Part shown: in pieces, positions 1 through 11,563 of the stretch
Numbering within the stretch: the first letter of the stretch is position 1
Layout of the letters: every line of letters begins with the position of its first letter
Source: Fimicolochytrium jonesii
Taxonomy: Eukaryota
Assembly (NCBI RefSeq): GCF_025526975.1
Contig: NW_026515671.1
Location: forward strand, 1,054,001-1,118,000
Direction: 5' to 3'
DNA: 64,000 bases
Translations under genes and position numbers: made by a program
The notes under the pieces: generated by a model
What the model was told of the DNA's origin: nothing
Database searches by the model: none
What the model saw: only the letters and a program-made list of their open reading frames with translations

Positions 1-607
1 TACACTCGCGACGAACCGTTCCTCGCCATACGTCGTTGTTGCGAATTCCCATTCGGCGTCGTGGGCTGGGACAGCGTACGAGTGGACAAAGTAGTATCGC
101 GTGCCTTCGTCCCCGTCATGGTTCAACCACCGCCCTTCGCCGCCCTGTTCCTGTTGTTGAACCGCAGCGCTGTTCCATCCCATGTGCGGTACCGACTTTG
201 TGTCGGATTTGAACCGTGTGACAGTTCCTGGAAACAGGCCTAACCCAGGCACACCGGGACTCTCGTCCGACCCTTCAAAGAGACATTGCATCCCGACACA
301 GATGCCCATAAAAGGTCGGCCGGACGCTATGTATTTCTTCAACGCCTGGTCATACCCCGTCGTCGACAACCGTTGCATGGCTGCCCCAAAGGCGCCGACG
401 CCCGGGAACAACAGTTTCTACAACAGGAGAAGCCATAGGTTGAGCAAGGGTTGGGGCTGTGACACTGCAAAAGAAGTTCATACGTACGTCGGCCTTATCG
501 AAATCCTCCAACTTCTCGATCGGACTTATGGAGTAACCGAGCTTAGCCACAGCATTGACGAGCGACCGGACGTTGCCAGCGCCGTAGTCGAGGAGGTAGA
601 TGGTCAT
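1..607 (-). CDS. HIS7: Imidazole glycerol phosphate synthase HisHF, N-terminal glutaminase part (continues beyond the window start)
   Basis: ATG at 607; exon 607-488, GT-AG intron 487-418, exon 417-<1. Spliced protein: MTIYLLDYGAGNVRSLVNAV...KLLFPGVGAFG...PFMGICVGMQCL...VPHMGWN...YYFVHSY, all class I glutamine amidotransferase HisH motifs. Confidence 0.93.
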
Positions 608-1913
608 TCTGTGTAGTTGGCGGGTTGACGGGGTAGTGGTGGTCGTTGAGTCGGGAATTCAATTTCGCTATTAAAGCCACCTTTATTGGGAGTGGAAGCC
701 CAACTATATGTTCCCGGGTCCGGTGACCTTCCTCGTCGTATGTTTATGGCAGACCGATGAGTGCAGCAGTGCTGCTCACTGTGGGTTGTTGTGTTGAAAA
801 AGTCCGCTCCTCACAGGAAGAACGGAGAGCTCGAAAGTCGCACACGCGATGGGTGATTCCCATGAATCATCACTCGGCTCTCACTCCGCATTTGGCTTTT
901 TTGGAGCAAACAAGGTTTTCTCCCTACAACTGCACCCATCGCAGCGTCCCCGCACATGTGAGTTTATTGCTTCTTCATCATCAGGTATTGACAGAAAGGG
1001 GTCCGAATGACGCACAAGTATGCCGCGTAGTAAAAGAGCCTAGACTCACGGCTCCATCTACATCTCATAAGTCTGTGTAGCTTCCATATTGCTCAGATTC
1101 CCTGTGTAAGATTTATGTCGTCGTCAACGAACGCAGGTATACACGCCAATACCTCCCGTAGAAGGGTTTCCCACCACGTACGCCCACCCCCGGGGGCAAA
1201 CCCCAAGTTAAGCTTTTCGAACAGCCGTGAGGGTAGTGTAGTGGGGACGCATCATGAGAGGGTTGAGGTGTAACCTGTTTTGAGTGTTCTCGGCTGACAC
1301 GCATATGGGATATCATCATCGCAAGGAAGGGGTTGGAGAGCGGCTTTGAGGGAATGGTCATCGCCTGTGGTTGCGCGTCAATGTAATCTGAGTGAGCTTA
1401 AAGGTTCAACTCGCAAGCACAGGACGACCACGATCCCCATATCCCATCGTGCGCAAAAGCACATGCGCCGTGTTCGAAACCAGATTGGGGCCCGCTCTCT
1501 CGTCTTATCCAAGATACTACAGCAAAGAGCAGGTCAGGGTTCGCACTTTTAGCATTATCCTCACCAGAAAGGATAGCACAGCCATAGACGGCCATACAGA
1601 GCTCTCACAACACGTCCAGCTTCACACTCCCACCATCGCAGGCAACACCGTCCCGATCCACAAACTGTCCGAAAGATAGAGGTGGCCGTAAGCGCTCGTT
1701 TCCAGTAAAAAGGTCGCCGCCGTAAAGTTCGTTCCTGGGTCCTCAGTCGCCGGAGAGATGCGAACAAACATCCTCATTGGCTTTCCCGCTTTGTGGAGAA
1801 ACAAAGTGCGGAACGAAGCCCAGGCGTGAGAGCGTGTTCTCCAGTAACAATCTCGCCTCGCGTAAGCGAGCGGAGATTCTCTACAACCGAGGAAAACGTG
1901 AAACTCTGCAGTT

Positions 1914-2017
1914 CTGCAAACGCCTTCTAGAATAAGCGTGCTGCCAAACACCTTCTGGAATAAGCTTACTCCAAACGCTTTCAAAAACAAGCTTACTGCA
2001 AATGCCTTCTACAATAA
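1914..2017. repeat. Degenerate ~27-bp tandem repeat, about 4 units
   Basis: Units: ctgcaaacgccttctagaataagcgtg / ctgccaaacaccttctggaataagctta / ctccaaacgctttcaaaaacaagctta / ctgcaaatgccttctacaataa. Confidence 0.8.
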
Positions 2018-2706
2018 CGACCGTCTATTTACAGCTTTCCGTCACAAACTCCCCGGGTGACCCTCAAGCCACAGTTTACGAGTAACCGTTGGGTGTTATT
2101 TGCAGGTCACTCTTCAAGCATCAGGATTGCAAACTACCTCCGAATATAGCGAGTCACCGGAATTGGCTACGAGACTTCCCACCGTCGTAACGCAAAGTAT
2201 ACGTAGCACACTTCCAAACCTTCCATCGGCTGTGCAGGGTGTTTGCGAACATTCGGCCTAAATCCAGGTAGGGGGCATACTCCGTGAGGGGCTAAATTCA
2301 ATCCGAAGACACTAACCCGAAGTCGTGGTACATCCAAACCCACGGCGAATTAGTGCGCCTGCACGATCAACGGAAACTGCAGCGAGTGTCGCTCCCGCCA
2401 AGACTCATTTGTCCCACACTGTGTTCACTGCAAACCCATCCGTAGGTTCACGACGCACATTTGCTTATTGTTTTGCTTCCAAATGTGTTTGCTTATGGCC
2501 CCATATCGCATCGTACGCTTTTAGATCAGGAATAACCCCACACACCCAAAAAAGGGTAAGTGTCATGCTTTGAGGAACGCATCCTTGGGATGTTGCTGCA
2601 TTACCCGGGCGCGCAAAAGTAAGCGGAACTGTAATCAAGAATAGAGGGGATTGTAGCAGAAACAGCAAATGCGCGCGCGCGCTTCCGGCACGTCCGCCTT
2701 CCGAAA

Positions 2707-2712
2707 TATAAA
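2707..2712 (+). promoter_or_regulatory. TATA box upstream of the Ppn1-like gene
   Basis: TATAAA about 185 bp before ATG 2891, followed by a pyrimidine-rich leader. Confidence 0.55.
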
Positions 2713-2890
2713 GTGGGGCTGGTCTGCGCGCCATTCCCTACTTTCTTTTCTTCATCCGCGCCTCATTGTTCAACTCACAATCTCATCGTCCAACTCTCAA
2801 GTCTCATATATTCTTCAATTTCATCTCGGCTTCCTGTCGATTTCGATTATACCCCACTTTTCGAATCCCAATACCAAGTTATAGCACAAC

Positions 2891-4306
2891 ATGCACATCA
2901 CGACACCCCTCATCGGTTTGATTGCCTGTTCCGCTCTCTCTTCCGGCGTCTTCGCGGCGCCGGGAGGCAAATCCTCCGCCGCTGCCAAGAAGGCGCGCTG
3001 CATGTCCGCCACCTCGTACCAGGGCCCCTACGGTGAAGTCCACCGGCCCGTCGGCGGGGGCAAGGGCAGCAACGGCAAGTTCATGCACATCTCCGACATC
3101 CACATCGACGAGCTGTACAAGCAAGGAACCGACCCGGTGTCCCAGTGCCACTCCGTGAACACCGCCAAACCGTCTGCGAATGTCGCTGGCAAGTACGGTA
3201 CCCTGGCCTCCATTTGCGATACCCCCATGGCGCTCCTGAATGCCACCTTCGACTGGATGGCGGAGAACACCAAGGACGTCGACTTTATCCTCTATACCGG
3301 CGACTCGGCCCGCCACGACCGTGACAAGAAGATGCCCAGGCAGTACCCGACGGTGACATACGAGCACCAGTTGGTCGTCGACAAGATCCGCAGCGTGTAC
3401 GATGTCAAGAAGGTCAAGTTCATCCCGACCTTCGGAAACAACGATCAGTTCGATTACAATAAGATGGCGAACGACAGCGATCCCATCATCGCCAGCCTCA
3501 CTTCCGTCTGGGAGCCCCTCGGCCTCGGTCTCTCGACCAACAAGCAGTGGGCCAAGGGTGGTTACTTTGCGTACGAGCTCAAGGAAGGTCTCACCGTTCT
3601 CAACCTCAACTCCATGCTCCTCTTCGCCTCCAACGTCCTCACCTCCGACTGCGCGGTCCCCAACTCCGCCGGCGGCGCGATGCTGACCTGGATGGAATCC
3701 CAGCTCAAAGAGCTGCGGTTCCGCGGCAAGAAGGCCTACGTGATGCAGCACGTACCCCCAACTTCCCAAGCCGGCAAATCCCTCTACTTCCCCAACTGCC
3801 AATCCCAGTACATCAACCTCCTCGGCAAATACGCCGACACCATCCTCGCCTCCTTCTACGGGCACACCAACTCCGACTACCTCTCCTTCGTGTACACCAA
3901 CAACACCGACAAGCCCCGCGACGGCCCGTTCTTCCTCGCCACCATCACCGACACGGTGCCCGCCGTCGACTTTGAGAATTCCTGCGTCCTCCACGTCAAC
4001 TCCCAAGGCCCGGCGATCATCCCCGCCAACAACCCGGCCATCCGCATCTACGACTACTCCACGCACCACCGCACCTACGGCGCCCTGACCGACTACGTGC
4101 AGTACTGGTCCGACGTCGTCCGCGCCAACACCATCGACCAGGTCGAGTACGATGTCGAGTACCGCGCGGCGAGGACCTACGGCCTGTGGAATCTGAGCCC
4201 GTTCAATTGGGCCGAGGCGTTTGCCGGGTGGGCGACAAACAACACTGCGTTCCAGAACTATGTCAGGTACCGCTTCGTGCAGAACCCGACCCCCGCGCTC
4301 GGATAA
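2891..4306 (+). CDS. Secreted or vacuolar calcineurin-like metallophosphoesterase, endopolyphosphatase Ppn1 / acid sphingomyelinase-like
   Basis: Intronless 471-aa ORF with a signal peptide (MHITTPLIGLIACSALSSGVFA) and motifs HISDIH, YTGDSARHD, GNND, QHVPP, GHTNSD. GNND rather than GNHD is Ppn1-like. Strong C-ending codon bias. Confidence 0.88.
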   Translation: MHITTPLIGLIACSALSSGVFAAPGGKSSAAAKKARCMSATSYQGPYGEVHRPVGGGKGSNGKFMHISDIHIDELYKQGTDPVSQCHSVNTAKPSANVAGKYGTLASICDTPMALLNATFDWMAENTKDVDFILYTGDSARHDRDKKMPRQYPTVTYEHQLVVDKIRSVYDVKKVKFIPTFGNNDQFDYNKMANDSDPIIASLTSVWEPLGLGLSTNKQWAKGGYFAYELKEGLTVLNLNSMLLFASNVLTSDCAVPNSAGGAMLTWMESQLKELRFRGKKAYVMQHVPPTSQAGKSLYFPNCQSQYINLLGKYADTILASFYGHTNSDYLSFVYTNNTDKPRDGPFFLATITDTVPAVDFENSCVLHVNSQGPAIIPANNPAIRIYDYSTHHRTYGALTDYVQYWSDVVRANTIDQVEYDVEYRAARTYGLWNLSPFNWAEAFAGWATNNTAFQNYVRYRFVQNPTPALG

Positions 4307-6411
4307 GTGGCGTTGGCTCGCTGCGTTTCTTTCTTCCTGGTTGTTCTTTCAGACTTCTTGCATCCCGGTTTCTTTTATTAGATTAGGTGGTGGTTAGCGA
4401 TTTTGAGACCTCAACGATACCCCCTATCTCTCTGCTTTAGATCAGATTTAGTTGTGCGTGCTTTTCTTCTTATACCCCCCACATTGAATGTGTTGCGAAC
4501 TGGTCTTTTTCTTGTGTCTTTCTTTGAAAACTGAATTAGAAAAAAGGTTTCCACTTTGGATATCTTGTTCGTTCGCGTGCTCTTTCCTTTGCTGCATTGG
4601 TCTCTCTTCTCGATGCATTCTCCTTCGAAGCAAAGGCTTCCCGCTCTTGACATCCTGCACTCTCGTTCTCGACCGACATTGGTCTCCGGGGATCAGAGTC
4701 TCCTGTTCCGCCGTCCCTTCGAACCAGTGCTCGTCTTTCTCACACGCGGTCTTTTGCGGTCTTTGGATTCCTCCGAACTGGAACCAACTCCCCCATAACC
4801 TCTGACATGTGTCTTGTACCCAAGTCCACGATACATTCCCCGTGGAGCTGCACCAGGCGCCGTTTCGCCACCACTGGCCTCTATTGCAATCTTGCGTTGA
4901 ACCCGGTTACAACCGAACATAGTCCACCGCGCTCGACTGGCCGAATATCCCGACGTAGCAAATGATCCGAAAGTTGCCCGCGCTCAATTTCAAGGTGTGT
5001 GTTGAACGCGGCGCGCGTCTGGTGGCGGAAAAGCGTTTCTCATGGGTTTTGGGCGCGCTGACCATCGTACACCCAATGCACACCCGTCTGCTGGGCGGAG
5101 ACTTGGTCACGTCCGAGGACTGCAAATGCGTAGGTCTTGCAGCATAGGTCCGGGATGTGAAACTCGACAGTACAGTACCTTACCGCACGCAAAGTTGTTC
5201 ACGATGCAGCAGGTGTCGTCCGCGGGGATGTATTTGGTCTCGCCTTCTTTCTTTTTCGGGGCGGGGTGTGGATACGATGGATCGAGTTATACAGCTGATG
5301 GCGGGCGAGGGTTGAGATTCAGTACGGGGTGTTGATACGCCAATGTCAGCCATTTTGCGCCCTGGATGGGTGGAAGAAAGAAACTAGCTGCTGACAAACT
5401 TACCTCACCGCAACACAGACTGCACCAAGAGTCCATGGAAAGTTCTGCCGCGCCGCGGAGGTTGTTGGGATGGGGACGGGATGCTGTCGCCGCGGGTTGC
5501 TGTTTGCCAGCGTTCGTGCTAGTCGGGGATATATGCTGGTAGGACTAATATGGGTGAAGTCGCAGGGTGAACGTGCAGGGATTTTTGCGCTCCTTCACTG
5601 GCTTTCGCGCTGGTGTATGCTCGGGATGGGTACCCCCGACGTTGATCGTGGATGAGTCCCGCAGTACTCACTGCGCGCATGCATATGGAAGCATCTTTGC
5701 ACTGTCCGATGTTTGTGTGACTTCCGGCATGTATTGGATGGGTGGTGAAAGAAAACCCATGGTGCATACGAACGACGCTTCTCGGTTCGGCAGGACGGAG
5801 CAATTGGGGTTTTTGAGAAAGCAGACAATCACAGGTCTCTATTTCTCTATTTCCCGTCGTCCAAGTGCACTTTCGACAGACCAGATCTGTGCTTCCTGCG
5901 CGCCGCGTTTCATATGCAGATTTTCACTGTCAGGTTGAGCGGGTGACAGTGACAGTGGGTAAGAACTGGGATGGTCGGAGTGATGAGGTGGGATTGCCAG
6001 GCGCGTTTGGGATGGGGCCTTGCGCTACAACTGGGGCTTGCATTGCGGATCGCCGCTCGCATCGACGTCAACATCTTTAGAATCGCCCCCGATTCCTAAT
6101 GTAATATCTATAAGGCGAGGGGGGATGAGACTGCGCTCCCGTGAAGAGTCCAGACAGAACCTTATTGTTGTGGTAGTGTTCCCCCCCCACGCCAGGGATC
6201 CGGTGTGTCCCACCGTTGCTGTCATCCTCTCTCGCTTTTTTCCACGAATTCGACGCTTGGGGATGGGCTGGGCGACCACCCGTCTGCGCAACAACGGCAT
6301 CCATGTCCGCTTCTCGCAAATGAAATCGACATATTGCATGCCCACCTCCGAACCTTTTTTAGGCTTTTCAAAGGTCATAGCGGTCGAGGCCTTCTGCAAG
6401 TGATAGTACAG

Positions 6412-6418
6412 TATAAAA
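6412..6418 (+). promoter_or_regulatory. TATA box upstream of the CAP gene
   Basis: TATAAAA about 100 bp before ATG 6514. Confidence 0.6.
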
Positions 6419-6513
6419 GCCCAGCGCCGGCGTCGGAGCCCCCCACCATTCCGGCATTCCTATCACACCTCGACCTCTCACCCCCACCCGCCAACCAACC
6501 GAAACCAGCAACA

Positions 6514-7374
6514 ATGGTCAAGTTGGCCTCGGTGCTCCTCCTCGCCTCCGCCGCGCTGGTCGCTGGCAAAGGCACCTGCAAGAAGCCGTCCACCGTTCAG
6601 CCCGAGGTAACCGCTGTTCCCGACGCGACCGTCCCGCCCGTCGTCAGCGAACCCACTCAACCCACCGTGGTTCCCGCCTTCCCCGAGCCCGCTCCCCCCG
6701 CCGAGCCAACTGAACAGAAGCCGCCGCCGAAGCAAGAGCCCAAGAAGACGCAGCGCCCCGTCGCCCCTCCCCCGAAGAAGACCGCCGCACCCACCCTCCC
6801 CCAACAACCCCCCACCCAAACCAAACCCACCAAATCATCCTTCACCACCGAATGCCTTACATTCCACAACCAGTTCCGCGCCCAGGACGGCAAACGCCCC
6901 CTCACATTCTCCTCCGCCGTCGCCCGGTCCGCTCAGAACTACGCCCAGGTCCTCGCCAACGCCGACCCCGGACCGCTCTCCCCTCGTCTCGTGCACTCGA
7001 ACGGCCAATTCGGTGAGAACCTCTACGCCTTTGCGGGACCCAACACCGTCGGCTGCGACGTCGCCAGCAAGTCGTGGTACAGCGAGAAGAGCATGTTTCC
7101 TGTTGGAGGCAGGTTTGGCGATAACAATGGGAAGTTCACGTGGCATGATTATGGGCACTATACCCAGATGGTGTGGGGGACTACCAAGGAGCTTGGGTGT
7201 GGAGTTGCCGTGAGGGATTATGGACAGACCAAGACTACTTATGTGGTGTGCCAGTACAACGCTCCGTAAGTTTCTGCGCCCACTTGCCTTGCTCTCTTCA
7301 TCTCACATACCACTTACTTCCTATTCTCCTCTCTCTCTTGCAGTGGAAACTACATCGGCTCCCGCATTCCCTAG
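6514..7374 (+). CDS. Secreted CAP/SCP (PR-1/Pry-like) protein with a Pro/Thr-rich N-terminal stalk
   Basis: ATG 6514 with signal peptide MVKLASVLLLASAALVAG; CAP motifs HNQFRA, GENL, GHYTQMVW, LGCG, YVVCQY. Intron 7266-7343 (GTAAGT...CAG) gives the C-terminus NAPGNYIGSRIP*. Confidence 0.92.
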
Positions 7375-9248
7375 ACGCATAGATTGGACTTCCCACCGAC
7401 GGCATATAGACAAAGACACTCCCTAGACATCACCCAAAGACATTTGTTACATATCCCGATATCCTCGTATGTAGATAGAGACATCAACCGGCTGTAAATT
7501 CCCTCCGTGGTACATAGAAAAAAAAGTGAACTGACTCTCTGTATGTACTGAATCCGAAATTGTATATGGCTGGCCGTATGTGGCAATCAAACAGTTCCTC
7601 TTGGTAGATTAAAGGTTGGTGTCGGTAGGCGGCGTAGGAGGTTGGCGAAGGACGATGCCATCTTGACGTGGGTTTCACACTCTCGGAGCACTTCCGTGTC
7701 GAGCAGTGAAAGCAGATACGAACGGCATTGGCCGTCGAAACCAGGCCCACCCATGGGAGGGGGCCAGCATCGAGCAAGTCGAAATCGTCCGCACATGGCC
7801 TTCTCAAACACTGGCCTCGATTGTGCGGGCGGCGTGCACCTTGCTTCAACGTGCAACGGACGCTTCCACCACCGTCTCTTCCAAATAAGCGGATGAGTTT
7901 CCCTTGTGGATCCGAATACGCCAAGACGAACGGCGTCGGCATTCGAAACTCATACTTCAAACATGGAAGGGCATCGAACAAGTCGAGCGACGACTGGTAT
8001 CACCCAGCGTAACCTTTCCTCATCGAGCGAGTCAAGTCGTCCGCATACAGCGGCAAACGACCTCCCCGCTCAAGACATCCCACACACACACGATAAAAGA
8101 AGAGAAATCAAGAGAGAAGATAACCGAGGTCAGAGCTAAAGACCGGTTGAGAGCATTTCGGGAGGATTTTCAGGACTCCCGATGACAGTAGAGGTGTCAG
8201 AATTAAAGAGGAGTTTATTCATCTCTCCAGGGTTATCTTTCTCTCATTCTCCCTTCGTGTCTGTGTGTGTGTGTGCCCATCCTCGCTTCATGTGTCTCAA
8301 AGCAACCAACAAGCAGGCGACGACCCAACCAAACGCCCTTCCCGTATCTTCCAAACAAGGAAGACTGTGCATCCTCGGACGTAATAGATTCTCAAACCAC
8401 GTTTTGCGCCTTCAACTCTTTTCAGGAAAAGACTGGACTGCCCACACACCGGTCTCCTCCCTTCTCAGAGACGAGAGAGGGAGGAAAAAGACCGGCGGGG
8501 GATAATAGCAGCGATGAGAGATATGCAAAAGTGTGGTTTGCAAGAACCTATTATGCGCGATGGACGGCTGTGGGGGAGGAGAGGGTCTGTGCTGTTGCGG
8601 GGTTGGTTGCTGATGAGACGGGTGAAGTGAAGACGGATTGTGAATTGCGATGGAAGGGACTGAGAGACGGGTTGCTCGGCCCTTTTATACCCGCAGAGTC
8701 CCCAGTGGCGCGGGCGACTCGAGGAAAAAAGCCACGAGGCGGGCACGTGACTTGCCAGGAAAGCGACAGCGGGCAACCCGACGGCCCTCTTCGACAGCTC
8801 TCAAAGTGAACAAGTCATGTCCAGGCAGCCTGTCCAAAACAGGCAAAAGCGAAGCTGCCATACTAATCCTATGAGCACCTCCAATTTCGCAGAAAAGCTT
8901 GCTTGGGAAGGCATCGCAATCGCCGTAAAGAGCAGCGATACTTGCTCCAAGGTGGTTGAAACGGAGGAACATATGTTTTACACATGGGCACGCGCGAAAT
9001 GATAAAGCGACGTCGCAACGCCTTATCTCGCTCATTGAAAGCCTACACTCTAGATCTATGTCTCTTCTGGGGGACAGGATACGCTGTGGGGCTTCGTAGA
9101 CGTAAACCCCGTGATAGATTTAGTAGCAACCCCTTCCTCTAGATGTTCCCATTGCCCTCGTCCAAGCTTTTGTTTTTAGTATGTCAATCGGAGCTTTCCT
9201 TTTCGTTGAATCTTCAAATCATATCTGCGGGACATTGCGATCGGTGCT

Positions 9249-9354
9249 TTACGAAAGCGGTAACCATTACGAAAGCGGTAACAAAATACCCTTGGAGTCT
9301 ACAAAATACCCTTGGAGTGCATGGAGAGGGGCAAGGACATTACGAAAGCGGTAA
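9249..9354. repeat. Clustered direct repeats upstream of the ParB/SerK-like gene
   Basis: ttacgaaagcggtaa x3 (9249, 9267, 9340) and acaaaatacccttggagt x2 (9281, 9301). Confidence 0.85.
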
Positions 9355-9724
9355 ACCAATGGCCGAAAGTTTTCACAACTGGCATCAGTTCAATTTTTGG
9401 CACGTGTGTCGGGAATGCCACCGTCTGCTTTTCCAAACCCTCTACGCTCGCATGCACATTTCGAGCGACGCTCAGCCTGAACGATTTGGATGGATGATAT
9501 CACGATGTTCAGTTTGATGTCATAAGCTGGAATCGTGCGTCTCTGGGAGATACCCACGCCATTTTACTGTCAACATCTTACTGGACATAGCTGCATGAGT
9601 GTCGAAGTGCAGGTGCCTTCTTGTCTGTGAGGAACTTCCGGTTTGCGCGTCCGAAGTCCGCCGTCGTGCAAAAGGCAAACACCGACCCCTGCCGCAACGG
9701 GTCGACGCCCTGCTCCGCCGACTA

Positions 9725-9756
9725 GCAACAACAGCAACAACAACAACAACGACGAC
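9725..9756. repeat. (AAC)n-type imperfect microsatellite
   Basis: gcaacaacagcaacaacaacaacaacgacgac. Confidence 0.8.
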
Positions 9757-9901
9757 AGTCACAGGGCATATACAGCGTCAGGCTGGCAGCAACCGTCGGG
9801 GCGTTCGTCTCGTATCCCCGCAGCAGAGCCGTCCGAGTCAAAGGTCAGGTCGTTCAAAGTCACACCCCCTCCCACCAATCCCGCTGTGACCGGAAGAGCA
9901 A

Positions 9902-11563
9902 ATGCGCAAATCACCAGCAAAGCGCAGCTGCACCACCACGACCACCACCATCACCACCAAGTTAATCCCGCCACCGCACTCCCCTGCCTCCTCCTCTCAG
10001 GGCTATCCTACCGCAGCCGGCCGGCTTTCCCTCAAACCGCAACTCCAGAACGTTCGCCGGCGGACCAGTAACCCTTCCAGCAGAGGAAGTGCAACGGAGG
10101 AACTCTCACCTGCACCCCCAGTGCGGGCAAAGTACGCAAAGCAGCTGTCTATAGCGAGGAGGGTCCTGGGGAAACTAGGTTTTCCCGCACAATTCTTGTT
10201 GGGTGTGCTGTGTTTTTTGTTGGGGGTGCCGACGGCTTTCGATATCGATATGAAACAGTCCGTTGGGAACGCTGAGTATGTGGTGAAGGTGAGTAGCGGA
10301 GCGGAGCGAACCGTCATTGCCACTGTGGCGAGCCATGTGAGGTGCAGGGTTGCTTGAGGTTGGCTACCGCGGAGGCCGAGCGGTAGTGAGGGGCACCAGA
10401 GCGAACGCCTTCGCGAGCGACAACGAGCGCGAGCGGAGCGAATCCCGTGCCGCAGGCGCAGCTCTTAGCGAGCGAAGCGAGCATTGGGTGCGAGCGACAG
10501 CGAACGGTCGTTTTCATCAAAATCTTGCCCAACATCCTCGTCGCCGGCGGAACGAGCGGGACTCGTTTAACCATCGGCCATCCAACGATCGCTTTGCTGC
10601 GCCCGTTAAACAGTGTTTCAAGCGACTGACACTGACAATTTGTTCCCTTTTCAGGACCCATTCCACCCCTTTCCCCAACCCCAAATCGCCTACGTCGACC
10701 CAACCACCCTCATCCCCCACGAACTCGTCAGCGAACCTCACCTTGCCCGTCTCCTCACCCACCTCGAAACCGTCGACGCTGCCACCCCCGTCCCGATCCC
10801 TGTCATCACCCGCTCGCAGCCGCACGTCATCCTCGACGGACACCACCGCGTCGCCGCATCCAAACGCCTAGGGCTGAAACTGATCCCGGCATGGGTGGTC
10901 GATGATGAAGACGAGGAACGCGATTGGGAGCGAACGTTTGTGAGGTGCTATGATGCGGGTGTTGGGAGTGCGGGGGAGGTCGAGACGGTCGTAGAGGTGC
11001 GGGTCGAGTCCTCCTCCTCGTCGGGATCGGAATCGACCAGTCCATCACCGCCACCATCACCACCACCATCAGCAGGCGCAACAATCAACACTCCACCCCC
11101 ACCCACCCGCCGCAAACTCCTCCGCCGCCGCCCAATCTCCACTGTCGTCACCGCCGCCCGCGCAGGCCACGCCGCGTTCGGACTCAAAGGCACGAAACAC
11201 GTCGCGGTGGTCTCCTCACCCGCCACATCACCGGACGGGAAGGAAGTTGAAGTACCCCTGGAACGCGTTACGCCTAGGGTCGCGTGGGGTGAATGGCTAG
11301 CTCGCCCTGAAAATGCTCTTCCCCGCTCCGGGAAGGTGAACACAACGGAGTTACATCACCACCACCACCATCACCAGACAGGCCTACTCACAGCCTGTCC
11401 CGCCTCATTACCGATCCCCCCAAAAGTGGGGCCGATGCCCTCCCACGCCCCACCACCACCATCGCAACATCCACGACACAAACATATGGAGGTTGGGGAG
11501 GCGGATAGAGATGTGGAGGTGCCGGGGTTGAAGGTGGGGGTGGCGCATCATCCGCAGCGGTGA
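9902..11563 (+). CDS. ParB/sulfiredoxin-fold protein, SerK/SbnI (free serine kinase)-like, with an N-terminal hydrophobic segment
   Basis: Exons 9902-10288 and 10655-11563, joined in phase 0 by intron 10289-10654 (GTGAGT, CTGAC branch point, TTTCAG). Motifs LIPHE, VILDGHHR, LGLKLIP and FGLKGTKH. Exon 1 and the start codon are less certain than exon 2. Confidence 0.78.

Noticed and set aside
1914..2017. Repeat considered as a CRISPR-like array
   Set aside because: Units are contiguous and degenerate, with no unique spacers and no cas genes; eukaryotic context.
2879..4069. 396-aa minus-strand ORF
   Set aside because: Antisense shadow of the codon-biased phosphatase gene; no recognisable motifs.
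7484..7981. 165-aa minus ORF with FVLAYSDPQGKLIRL, faintly like a PB1 domain
   Set aside because: Non-ATG start, no frame-compatible upstream exon found and no coding-like codon bias; it could be a decayed fragment but cannot be supported.
10289..10654. TPP riboswitch in the long intron
   Set aside because: The conserved CTGAGA and GAACCTGAT...TAAT...GCG aptamer elements are absent.
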